The notes beneath the pieces were generated by a model that made no database searches, was not told where the DNA came from, and was given only the letters and a program-made list of their open reading frames with translations. From a virus, in the IMG/VR virus record IMGVR_UViG_3300001460_000022, positions 5,780 through 69,779 of that record: 64,000 bases of DNA. One strand, 5' to 3'. Positions 18,899-27,356 of this stretch are shown one piece after another. The first letter of the stretch is position 1. Every line of letters starts with the position of its first letter. The translations under genes were made by a program, and so were the position numbers.

Positions 18899-20443
18899 TT
18901 AAGAGAAAATAAAATCTTCAATAACTACAGAGTCTATTTCTGTAGTATCTAAAATTTCCAAAGCTGTTTTTGCTTTAGATAATATTGGTTTACCATTTAC
19001 GTTAAAAGATGTATTAAGCAATACTGGAGTTTTTGAGAAAGCGTCCTGACTTAATAAATCATATATAAACTCGTTCTGTTCTCTTGTAACTGTCTGTAGT
19101 CTACAAGTTCCATCAATGTGAGTGATAGATAGTAAATCTTTTTTATATTTATCTCTGACTTTTGGGCAATAGACCATAAAATCACACTCTTGGCTTTGTT
19201 CTACGTGAAAGAACTTATGAGCGTCTTCTAATCTGCACATTCCCGCAAATGGTCTATACCACTCTCTTTTTTTGATCTTTGCATTTAGTGTGTCTTTCAT
19301 CTGAGGAAATATAGGGTCACACAATATAGATCTATTGCCTAATGCTCTAGGCCCAACTTCAGAACCCCCTCTACAAACACCTACTATCTTACCAGATTTT
19401 ATCTGTTCAGCTAAAGAAGCCAAATCAACAGTCGAAGCTTTTCTTTCTTCTGTAATTTCAGGTAATTCATTAGAGTCCTCAATCCATAAACCAGAATATG
19501 TTATGGGTTTTGATTTATAAAATTCATTAGTAATTAACCAGTTGCCATAAACTGCATAACCAAATGATAACCCACAATCGCTTGGGTTTGGAGGAATAAA
19601 TAAGTTAACACCTAAATCTCTAATTTGTTGATTGATGAGAATATTCAAAGCGCAACCACCCGTTAAACAAAGCCTTTCTGGAAATCCATGTTTGTCAAAA
19701 AAATCTAAAACTAATTCTTCTGAGACTTTTTGTATAGTAGCGGCAAAAGATGCTCCCATAGCCCCAGATAAAACAGCTTGATTGCTTGGAATGCCAATCA
19801 TTTGAAAAAACTTTTGATATTTTTCTGGTTTATGATCTATGAAATATATTTCCATAAACTCTTTCATTGCGGGAATAACTGAATCTATAGGTGTTCCATA
19901 TCCAGAAAATCCCATTAGTTTTCCTGCTAGAGCCAAATCAACTTTTGTTTTAGCAGAAACATCTAGAACATATTTAGATAGAACTTGATATCCCCATCCT
20001 ACATTTGTTTCTAGTTTGTCTATGATAGAAAATTTATTTTTATCAAAACTATAAAAATTAAAACAACCATCATTACCTGATCCGTCATAAGATAGAATAC
20101 TGCAATCATCAAAGTCTGATAATGAATAAGCTCCCATAGCATGACCTAGATGGTGGTCACAAAAAACTAATCTAGAATAGTTTAATACAGAAAAATCTAA
20201 ATTCATTGTAGGCTCGTCCTTGCTGAGAACAAGCATATCAAATTTGTTTTCTACACCTTTTTCAGATAGTAGATTTATTAGTTCTTGTAAAACTTTATTA
20301 CAGTTTTCCTGATCTGTAGGAAACTTATAATATCTCTTCTCATAAATCCTTTCTAGTTCAAGAACAATGCAATCATTGTTTTCTGTATCTAAAAAAGTTA
20401 AGTTAGAATCGTGACCAAGATGAATTGATAATATTTTAGACAT
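18899..20443 (-). CDS. Carbamoyltransferase (NodU/CmcH/TobZ family)
   Basis: GHDSN, DHHLGHA, DGSG, GKLMG, GGCALN, GPRALGNRSIL, REWYRPFA and NTSFN. Confidence 0.93.
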   Translation of the reverse strand: MSKILSIHLGHDSNLTFLDTENNDCIVLELERIYEKRYYKFPTDQENCNKVLQELINLLSEKGVENKFDMLVLSKDEPTMNLDFSVLNYSRLVFCDHHLGHAMGAYSLSDFDDCSILSYDGSGNDGCFNFYSFDKNKFSIIDKLETNVGWGYQVLSKYVLDVSAKTKVDLALAGKLMGFSGYGTPIDSVIPAMKEFMEIYFIDHKPEKYQKFFQMIGIPSNQAVLSGAMGASFAATIQKVSEELVLDFFDKHGFPERLCLTGGCALNILINQQIRDLGVNLFIPPNPSDCGLSFGYAVYGNWLITNEFYKSKPITYSGLWIEDSNELPEITEERKASTVDLASLAEQIKSGKIVGVCRGGSEVGPRALGNRSILCDPIFPQMKDTLNAKIKKREWYRPFAGMCRLEDAHKFFHVEQSQECDFMVYCPKVRDKYKKDLLSITHIDGTCRLQTVTREQNEFIYDLLSQDAFSKTPVLLNTSFNVNGKPILSKAKTALEILDTTEIDSVVIEDFIFS

Positions 20444-20480
20444 AAAAACCTCTGGGCCTAGGGTGAGTAGACCCAGAGGT
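20444..20480 (-). terminator. Intrinsic terminator-like hairpin directly before the carbamoyltransferase ATG
   Basis: ACCUCUGGGUCUA-CUCACCC-UAGGCCCAGAGGU is a 13-bp stem with one G-U pair, followed by UUUU and then AUG. Confidence 0.65.
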
Positions 20481-20513
20481 CTACTATGACCTCAAGGAAA
20501 TAAATCCTCGACC
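20444..20513 (-). ncRNA. Candidate ~70-nt structured sRNA or attenuator leader
   Basis: Bounded by a near-consensus sigma70 promoter and a terminator hairpin. Contains several overlapping alternative stems. Confidence 0.45.
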
Positions 20514-20519
20514 TGTCCT

Positions 20520-20548
20520 ATTGTAAGATCGCGACTATCTTATGTCAA
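20520..20548 (-). promoter_or_regulatory. sigma70-type promoter
   Basis: TTGACA-17 bp-TACAAT. Confidence 0.85.
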
Positions 20549-20662
20549 CTAATCTTCAATAATCTCTTCACTGATTTTGCCTAAAATATAGGCTATAGTC
20601 TCATCAGTATAAAAATCAATATCTTCGTTTTCCTCTTGTATTTCTGGTTCTAGGTCCGTCAT
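20549..20662 (-). CDS. 37-aa acidic small protein
   Basis: Not in the ORF track. MTDLEPEIQEENEDIDFYTDETIAYILGKISEEIIED*, preceded by GTGTAT 12 nt upstream. Confidence 0.55.
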   Translation of the reverse strand: MTDLEPEIQEENEDIDFYTDETIAYILGKISEEIIED

Positions 20663-20700
20663 AGTGTATGCTATATACACAGAAAAAACAACAAAAGGAA

Positions 20701-22347
20701 CTAACCCTCACAAGAAGTGCAATTTAGTATAGATCTAGCTAATTCTTGGCTAGGATTAGCACTTCTTTGGTAGTAAAAACTCTTAACCCCTTGCTGCCAA
20801 CCAAAAATGAGAAGCTCACTAACTTGCTTTGGAGGACATTTGGGAGATATCATTACGTTGAGGCTTTGTCCTTGATCAATATATTTCTGTCTTTGCGCCG
20901 CCTGTAATACAATTTCTTTCTGAGAAATTTCTCCAAAAGTTTTAAATACGTCTTTTTCGTGATCTGACAAGAAATCTAAATGTTGAACTGATCCTCCTTT
21001 GACCAGAATTGATTTCCAAGTAGTCGCATTATTTTTACCCCTTGCCTCAAGAAGTTCTTCTAGATGAGGGTTTTTATATGTGAATTTGCCTTTTGCTAAA
21101 TCTTTAGTAAAATAATTACTATTTAGTGGTTCGATAGAAGGAGAAACTTGGCCAAGAATAAAAGAACTTGATGTTGTAGGAGCAATTGCCATTGTAGTCA
21201 TATTGCGTCTTCCATACCCACGAAGATGTTCTGGTTCCCCAAACTGCTCTGCTAGTTGGAATGTGGCTCTGTCACAACGCTCTCGAACAATATTGTGAAT
21301 TTCTGCATTCAAGAATTGTGCCTCCAATCCTTCAAACGCGATATTTTTAGATTGTAAAAGAGAATGCCAGCCAAGAACTCCAAGACCCAAAGCTCTTTGT
21401 CTCTTCGCAAAGTTATGACACGGTTTCATAAAAGGAATATTTTCTGTTTTATAAATATATTCCTCCATAACTGCGTCCAGAAACTGAACAAGAGTTTCTA
21501 CAGCATCTGTCTCTTTAATCTCATCCCATCTCAAAAGATTCAAAGAGGATAAACAACAAACAAAAGATTCATCTGATGAAGAGTGAAGAGCTATTTCACT
21601 ACAAAGATTAGAAGCATGTATTTTTAATTTTTTATCTTTATATGCTTGGGGAGCGTTGTTGTTAGCGTTGTCTGAAAAAAATATGTATGGATACCCTGTC
21701 TCAAACCTTTTCTTTATAACATTCGCCCAAACTTTTCTTTTATCTTTATCTCCGTCTACCATTGACTGCATCCACTTATCATCAATGCAGACAGCAAATG
21801 ACATTTCTTGTATTGCATTTCCTTCACTTCTAATTCTTAAAAATTCTTCAATATCAGGATGATCTATAGGAAGATATGCAGCAAATGATCCTCTTCTTAC
21901 ATGACCTTGAGATACTATTGAGGCAACTTTATCAAAAAGCTCCATGAAGTAAACTGCTCCAGCAGAACTCCCTCCGACACTAATTTGTTTTCCTCTAGCT
22001 CTTAAATCTCCAAAATAACCCGAGGTTCCAGATCCATGCTTCGTCTGCATCCCAACCTCCGCTTGTTTTTGAAGGATTGAATCCATTTTGTCGTCGATAT
22101 ATACTCCATTACAAGAAATGGGTAGACCTCTATCTCTACCAAAGTTAGACCAAACAGGACTAGCTAGGGAATAAAATCCCCTTTTCATATAATCTTCAAA
22201 CTTGTCTGCAAATCCGCTTTGTCTTAAATACTTTTCAGCAGCTTCTGCGATAGATCTTATTCTTTTTTTAGCTGTTTCTCCTTTTTGCAAATAACCTCTT
22301 TCAAGGAACTGTTTAGAATCTTCGTTTAACCAGTAATAATCTTTCAT
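20701..22347 (-). CDS. nrdA: Class I ribonucleotide reductase alpha subunit (compact, no ATP cone)
   Basis: SPVWSN, PISC, RRGS, NLCSEI, APTTSSS, IDQGQS, and C-terminal CTSC. Confidence 0.93.
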   Translation of the reverse strand: MKDYYWLNEDSKQFLERGYLQKGETAKKRIRSIAEAAEKYLRQSGFADKFEDYMKRGFYSLASPVWSNFGRDRGLPISCNGVYIDDKMDSILQKQAEVGMQTKHGSGTSGYFGDLRARGKQISVGGSSAGAVYFMELFDKVASIVSQGHVRRGSFAAYLPIDHPDIEEFLRIRSEGNAIQEMSFAVCIDDKWMQSMVDGDKDKRKVWANVIKKRFETGYPYIFFSDNANNNAPQAYKDKKLKIHASNLCSEIALHSSSDESFVCCLSSLNLLRWDEIKETDAVETLVQFLDAVMEEYIYKTENIPFMKPCHNFAKRQRALGLGVLGWHSLLQSKNIAFEGLEAQFLNAEIHNIVRERCDRATFQLAEQFGEPEHLRGYGRRNMTTMAIAPTTSSSFILGQVSPSIEPLNSNYFTKDLAKGKFTYKNPHLEELLEARGKNNATTWKSILVKGGSVQHLDFLSDHEKDVFKTFGEISQKEIVLQAAQRQKYIDQGQSLNVMISPKCPPKQVSELLIFGWQQGVKSFYYQRSANPSQELARSILNCTSCEG

Positions 22348-22961
22348 TATGTAATATTCTCTACTAAAACCATTGGGATATGTTGGCCTTGAAATGTGTC
22401 TTTTCTATAAAAAGCTGTTTTTACTTTAAGTTTATCTTTAAATTCCTCGTGCCAAACAGTCGGCACTGACTTAAATCCACCGACAGGTTGAACCCAATCA
22501 TCAACTAGCCCATATTTTATATCAAGATCAAGCATAAGTTGAAAATCATTTCTTATTCCATCTTCCCAGTGATCCCCATCAATATAAATCATATCGAATA
22601 ATTCACCTTTTAGATCTGGCCTAACGTCTTGAGACTTTTTCCTCAAAAAAGTAAACCTATCTTTAAAATTATCTGAAATTTTTTCTATTGCAGCTTCTTC
22701 GCCAGAAAAATCTGTTTGACCAGTCATTTCTGTAGCTACATTTTCAACAGGATCAACGGAAGTTAACTTTAAATTTTCATCCAGAGACATCATTATAAAG
22801 GCACTACCTCCTTTATAAAATCCAATTTCTAAAACGTTTTTTGGTTTAATATAATTAAGACACATTTCAAAGATCCAGCCGTCACTTTGTGGAACAGAAC
22901 AAGAATCTAAATTATATTCTTCGTATTTCTTTTGTATTTCTTCAATTTTAGAACAAGTCAT
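22347..22961 (-). CDS. Class I SAM-dependent methyltransferase (Methyltransf_24-like)
   Basis: VLEIGFYKGGS, SVD, FDMIYIDGDH and VDD. Confidence 0.82.
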   Translation of the reverse strand: MTCSKIEEIQKKYEEYNLDSCSVPQSDGWIFEMCLNYIKPKNVLEIGFYKGGSAFIMMSLDENLKLTSVDPVENVATEMTGQTDFSGEEAAIEKISDNFKDRFTFLRKKSQDVRPDLKGELFDMIYIDGDHWEDGIRNDFQLMLDLDIKYGLVDDWVQPVGGFKSVPTVWHEEFKDKLKVKTAFYRKDTFQGQHIPMVLVENIT

Positions 22962-23919
22962 CAGCATCAAATGTTTGCGAGTTTTTTGCGTATTCTACAG
23001 GGCGCGTATGAAAAAAATCAGTCGCATTATTCCCAAGCAATTCCTCTTCAAACCAGATTGTATTCACCAATAACTTTTTGTCAACATCAAATGCCTTCTT
23101 AAAGCCAATTTGTTCTAACGACTCATTAATCCTATTTTTAATAAATTCTTTTAAAATGGGTGCGCTTATACCTTTCTCACTATATCCATTAATCATCCAA
23201 TCTACAATTTGAGATTCTGCTTTAAAAGCAGCTTGCGATTCTTCGAGAATTTTTTCTTCAAGATCATCATCAAAAAGCTCTGGGTGCTCTCCTCTAATTG
23301 TATTGATGATTTTAATACCAGCTAAAGCGTGAATATTTTCTTCGTTTCTTGTATATTTTACCTGCTGACCAGTATCCTTTAGAACGTTTCTGTATCGATT
23401 GAACCAGTTAATTACATAAAACTGGCTAAACAGAGATACGTTCTCCACAAAGAGCGTAAATAAAATAAGAGCATAAACATACTGTTTTTTAGAATCTTTG
23501 TAGAACCTATGAGTGTATTTTCTGAGGTATTTTACTCTACCCTCAATAAAATCTAGTTTAAGATTCTGCTCAAAAATATCCTCTAATCCTAATACTTTTA
23601 GCAATCGCTCATAGGCATTATTATGAATAACTTCCACGTTTGCCATGACATACCCTAAATCAGTCAAACTTGGATGAGGTAGATTATCTCCCAATTTACT
23701 CCAAAATTTCTTTACTGCCACTTCTATTTGCCCAATCGCTGAGAGAGTCCTAATAATCATCTCTCTTTCTGTATCATTTAAATTTACGTTAAAATCCTGC
23801 ACATCACTGGTAAAACTAAACTCTTTATCTGTCCAAAACCCATTGTGCATGGCTTCAATAAATTCTTCTGCCCAAGGATAATGGTCTGGCTTTCTGGATA
23901 TCTGTTCTTCAAAAATCAT
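22948..23919 (-). CDS. nrdB: Ribonucleotide reductase beta subunit
   Basis: FW, EVIHNNAY, ENVSLFSQF, EENIH and DFF...EY. Confidence 0.93.
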   Translation of the reverse strand: MIFEEQISRKPDHYPWAEEFIEAMHNGFWTDKEFSFTSDVQDFNVNLNDTEREMIIRTLSAIGQIEVAVKKFWSKLGDNLPHPSLTDLGYVMANVEVIHNNAYERLLKVLGLEDIFEQNLKLDFIEGRVKYLRKYTHRFYKDSKKQYVYALILFTLFVENVSLFSQFYVINWFNRYRNVLKDTGQQVKYTRNEENIHALAGIKIINTIRGEHPELFDDDLEEKILEESQAAFKAESQIVDWMINGYSEKGISAPILKEFIKNRINESLEQIGFKKAFDVDKKLLVNTIWFEEELLGNNATDFFHTRPVEYAKNSQTFDADDLF

Positions 23920-23928
23920 CTTGTAATG

Positions 23929-23963
23929 TTACACATGTTAGGTCTGGGATAGAAGTGAGTCAA
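23929..23963 (-). promoter_or_regulatory. sigma70-type promoter plus GTGTAA motif upstream of nrdB
   Basis: TTGACT-17 bp-TAACAT followed immediately by GTGTAA, 9 nt before the ATG. Confidence 0.65.
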
Positions 23964-24007
23964 TGCCTTTTATTGAAAAAAAGAGCTTGGCTCATTAAAT
24001 TAATATG

Positions 24008-24073
24008 AACGTATGGGTAACGTATGGAATATTATTTTAATACGTTAAGGATACGCTCGTATCCGATACGCTC
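24008..24073. repeat. Cluster of direct and inverted CGTAT/ATACG repeats (candidate origin or operator)
   Basis: AACGTATGG x2 (24008, 24019), ATACGTT (24040), inverted repeat GGATACG-CT-CGTATCC (24049-24064), and GATACGCTC x2 (24050, 24065). Confidence 0.7.
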
Positions 24074-24081
24074 ATTTTTTG

Positions 24082-24109
24082 ATGTTATCTCCCTTTTTTG
24101 AGGTGTCAA
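24082..24109 (-). promoter_or_regulatory. sigma70-type promoter firing into the repeat cluster
   Basis: TTGACA-16 bp-TAACAT. Confidence 0.5.
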
Positions 24110-24122
24110 GAAAAAAAAATAA

Positions 24123-24150
24123 TTGATTTTTTTGATTTTTTGCTTATATT
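24123..24150 (+). promoter_or_regulatory. sigma70-type promoter for a leaderless transcript
   Basis: TTGATT-16 bp-TATATT, then 7 nt to the TTG at 24158. Confidence 0.5.
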
Positions 24151-24157
24151 AGAATAA

Positions 24158-24754
24158 TTGATTGAAAATCTTACAGATTCAGCCTTAACAGACTTGATTA
24201 AGGTCGATAACGACGAAAATGCTTTAGGTGAGCTAATATCAAGGCATTCTGGAATTTATGTGGATATGCTCAAGAAGTTTGGGATGAACTGTCTAACACA
24301 AAATCAAGTGTCTGACATCATGAAAGATAAAGATTATACAATTTACAAAGCAGCTTTGGAGTATGATGAGAGCAAAGCTAAATTTTCTACTCATTTAGCG
24401 AACAAAACCAAATACATGTGCTTGACACAAAAGACGAAAAACAAAAATAACAAGGTTACAGCTAATTTTGATGAAGTGCAATTTTGTCAAAAAGACAAAT
24501 CATCCACGCCAGATGAGTCATGTAAAATTAATGATTGTTTTAGTAGAATTTTAAATTTAATTAGCAAACACAAAGACTCTAGGTTAAAAACATTATTTCA
24601 CGAAAGATATTTTTGTGGAATAAGAGGCAAATTAAAACCTTGGAAAGAAGTCGCTAAAAAAATTAATTTATCAGCGCAAGGTTGTATAAATATACATGAC
24701 AAAGCAATAAAAGAATTTAGTTATAAAATTGAAAATGAAAAAATTAAATTTTGA
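24158..24754 (+). CDS. Phage sigma70-family sigma factor
   Basis: Region 2-like ENALGELISRH...AALEYDESKAKFSTHL and region 4 HTH ERYF...WKEVAKKINLSAQGCINIHDKAI. Confidence 0.8.
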   Translation: MIENLTDSALTDLIKVDNDENALGELISRHSGIYVDMLKKFGMNCLTQNQVSDIMKDKDYTIYKAALEYDESKAKFSTHLANKTKYMCLTQKTKNKNNKVTANFDEVQFCQKDKSSTPDESCKINDCFSRILNLISKHKDSRLKTLFHERYFCGIRGKLKPWKEVAKKINLSAQGCINIHDKAIKEFSYKIENEKIKF

Positions 24755-25823
24755 GGGGCCAATAAATTCCCTGAGCCTAGGTAATGTTTGCGTAAACTTC
24801 CTCAGAGAATTAAAAGAAAAAGATCTAGATATTGGGCTCTTCCCAGTTGGGGATAAAGGTGAATTTCATGCTTACGATCAAGTGAGTGAAGAATTTAAAA
24901 ATTGGGTCCACAATATCTCATCGACGCGATTAAAAAAATTGCATCGAGAAACTCCCACCTTAAAAGTTTGGCATATAAATGGATCTGAAAAAGTTTTACC
25001 TAATCAATATCTTTATACATTTTATGAAACAGATTCTCCAACAGAAGAGGAAGTAAATATTATAAAATTACAAAAACACGTTTTCTTTTCTTCTTCTGAG
25101 TCTGCTGAATGTTTTAAAGATAAAGGATGTGAAAATGTCTCATTTATTCCTCTTGGGTTTGATCCAGATTTTAAGGAAATAAAAAAAGAACATTTAGAAG
25201 ATACTATTCATTTTGGTTTGATTGGTAAGTTTGAGAGAAGAAAAAACACTCAAGCTATTATTCAGTTATGGACACAAAAGTTTGGAAATAATCCTAAATA
25301 TCAATTAACTTGTTTGATTCACAATCCATTCTTAAATGAAGATCAAATGAAACAAGCTGTTGGTAACTCTTTAAGTGGTCAGCATTGGACTAATGTAAAT
25401 TTTTTACCTCATCTTAAAACAAATTCTGAAGTAAATGATTTTATTAACTCTATTGATATAGATTTATCTGGGTTATCTAATGGAGAGGGTTGGAACCTTC
25501 CTTCTTTCAACGCTACAGCGTTGGGCAAGTGGTCTATTGTAAGTAATTGTTCTGCTCATAAAGACTGGGCCACAGAAGAAAATAGTATTTTGGTTGATCC
25601 TGTCGGGAAACAACCTTGTTATGATAACTTTTTTTTCAAAGAAGGTCTTCCGTTCAACCAAGGAGAATATTACAAATTAAATGGAGATGATATTTTGGAA
25701 TCTTTTGATAAAGCTGTAGAGAAAGCGGGACAACTTAACACAGAAGGGACAAAATTGAGGGACAAATTTACATATTCTAAAACAGTTGATGCTATTTTAG
25801 ACTATATATACAGTGATTTATAA
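24735..25823 (+). CDS. GT-B (GT4-like) glycosyltransferase
   Basis: FYETD, IPLGFD, GKFERRKN and SNGEGWNLP. Confidence 0.85.
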   Translation: MKKLNFEGPINSLSLGNVCVNFLRELKEKDLDIGLFPVGDKGEFHAYDQVSEEFKNWVHNISSTRLKKLHRETPTLKVWHINGSEKVLPNQYLYTFYETDSPTEEEVNIIKLQKHVFFSSSESAECFKDKGCENVSFIPLGFDPDFKEIKKEHLEDTIHFGLIGKFERRKNTQAIIQLWTQKFGNNPKYQLTCLIHNPFLNEDQMKQAVGNSLSGQHWTNVNFLPHLKTNSEVNDFINSIDIDLSGLSNGEGWNLPSFNATALGKWSIVSNCSAHKDWATEENSILVDPVGKQPCYDNFFFKEGLPFNQGEYYKLNGDDILESFDKAVEKAGQLNTEGTKLRDKFTYSKTVDAILDYIYSDL

Positions 25824-25852
25824 ATGGTATGGAAAATGATAAAGAGAATAGT

Positions 25853-26179
25853 ATGAATTACAAATTAAATACACACTTATTGGATAACTTCTTTGATGCA
25901 TACGGAACAAGTAAACACGCTGATGTTAAAGACTGCGGCGATGTATACAGTGCTGAATTTGAACTTGCTGGCTTCGCCAAAGATGACATTGATATTACAG
26001 CAACAAACGATAACTTGATTATCAAAGCTAAAAATAACAAGCGTCAAAAGGAATTTAAATTAAATTTATATGGCGCTGTTTCTGTAGAGAATATTAGCTG
26101 CGAAACTGAAAATGGTTTACTTACCGTCACAATGCCGAAAAAATGCGTTAGTGAACAACGCAAAATCAAAATAAATTAA
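25853..26179 (+). CDS. Small heat-shock protein (Hsp20)
   Basis: ELAGFAKDDIDI...ENGLLTVTMPK...RKIKI alpha-crystallin motifs. An alternative start is at 25829. Confidence 0.9.
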   Translation: MNYKLNTHLLDNFFDAYGTSKHADVKDCGDVYSAEFELAGFAKDDIDITATNDNLIIKAKNNKRQKEFKLNLYGAVSVENISCETENGLLTVTMPKKCVSEQRKIKIN

Positions 26180-26556
26180 TGCCAATATATACTTACAAAC
26201 ACCCCACTGAGGAGAGGTATAAGGAAGTTATTCAAGGAATGAATGATGATCATACTTACTCTGAAGATGGGGTGAAGTGGGGAAGGGTTTGGGATATCCC
26301 TAATGCTGCAATATCTTCAAATGCAGACCCATTTAGTCAAAATTCCTTTGTAGAAAAAACGGCTAATATGAAAGGAACTTTTGGAGATATGATGGATTAT
26401 TCCGCTGAGTTAAGTGAAAAGAGAGCTTCAGAAAGTGGAGGAGAAGATCCTTTAAAGAAAAAACTTTTTAAAGACTACGAGAAAAGAGTCGGCAAAAAAC
26501 ACGTTGCTGATAAAAAAGTGACAGAAAATAAATCTTTTAAGATTGATTTAGATTAA
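26179..26556 (+). CDS. FmdB-like small protein (Cys-less variant)
   Basis: MPIYTY...EVIQGM N-terminus resembles the FmdB family. Confidence 0.5.
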   Translation: MPIYTYKHPTEERYKEVIQGMNDDHTYSEDGVKWGRVWDIPNAAISSNADPFSQNSFVEKTANMKGTFGDMMDYSAELSEKRASESGGEDPLKKKLFKDYEKRVGKKHVADKKVTENKSFKIDLD

Positions 26557-27356
26557 GGGTTGCCTCCAGATATCGCAATACCTCCCCATTGGCTAGCTCC
26601 TACAAAAACTACTAATGTAGTTCCTGAGATAGCTAAAGACCCAGTCGCTGGAGCAGTAGGAGTTCCCGCTGTCATTGAGTTACCTAACCAAATTGGAACA
26701 GAAAAACCTGTTTCAAATCTTGTCGTTTCTGTAAATCTTGTCGCCCCTTGAAAAAGAGAAGATCCTAAAACTTCTAGATTGCCACTAAAAATTCCAGATC
26801 CATCAGTTAATGAGTTATCACTAGCATAAACATTCCCTCCTTCAAAGAAAACTCCAGAATCAAACTGGACATGCATACTATGAGGATCTGAAATAGAAAG
26901 ACTAGTTGTCGCCTTGGAGTCTTTTAAACCGATACAACCAGTCGCTGTATTCGTGAATGTTATATTTCTTCCTGCTGCTGTATTTTGATGAGTTCCAGTT
27001 TGAAAATCTGTATTATATCCATTTATAATTAAATTATTTACTCCGCTAACTTCTGAAGAATTAGCTATAATACCAACGTTAAATCCATCATTGGGTCCAT
27101 TTGCGAGATCTGTATCGGTTCCTTGAAACAATAAATTTCCAAAATCAACATTGAAATTGTTGGTCCCAGTATTAGCTAATCCAAATACAGATTTTCCATT
27201 AGTTAAAAGCTGTCCAGTAAAAGCAAAATCACCAGTTAACCCCCTAGATATGTTAAGTTTAATTCCAGTATCAAGTTGTCCAATTCTAATATCCCCAGAA
27301 TCACTAAAAAAAGTGGGCATTTGGACCTGTTCTGGTTGAATTTTGTTAAAAGCCAT
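26553..27356 (-). CDS. Putative virion structural or fibre-like protein
   Basis: G/S/T/N-rich and beta-like, with ~15 [S/T]G dipeptides. GTGTAA motif upstream at 27382-27387. Confidence 0.55.
   Translation of the reverse strand: MAFNKIQPEQVQMPTFFSDSGDIRIGQLDTGIKLNISRGLTGDFAFTGQLLTNGKSVFGLANTGTNNFNVDFGNLLFQGTDTDLANGPNDGFNVGIIANSSEVSGVNNLIINGYNTDFQTGTHQNTAAGRNITFTNTATGCIGLKDSKATTSLSISDPHSMHVQFDSGVFFEGGNVYASDNSLTDGSGIFSGNLEVLGSSLFQGATRFTETTRFETGFSVPIWLGNSMTAGTPTAPATGSLAISGTTLVVFVGASQWGGIAISGGNP

Noticed and set aside
10623-20443. Bacterial O-antigen or capsule locus (host chromosome or chimeric assembly)
   Set aside because: No wzx/wzy/wzm or initiating transferase is present, the genes are contiguous and co-oriented with phage replication genes, and they share the promoter style.
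485-23919. Inteins or introns in dnaE, dnaB, recA and nrdA/nrdB
   Set aside because: Motifs are contiguous, lengths are normal or short, and no intein splice motifs or LAGLIDADG blocks were seen.
24008-24073. Mini CRISPR array linked to the Cas4-like gene
   Set aside because: Repeats are only 5-9 bp, in mixed orientation, and have no spacer-length intervals.
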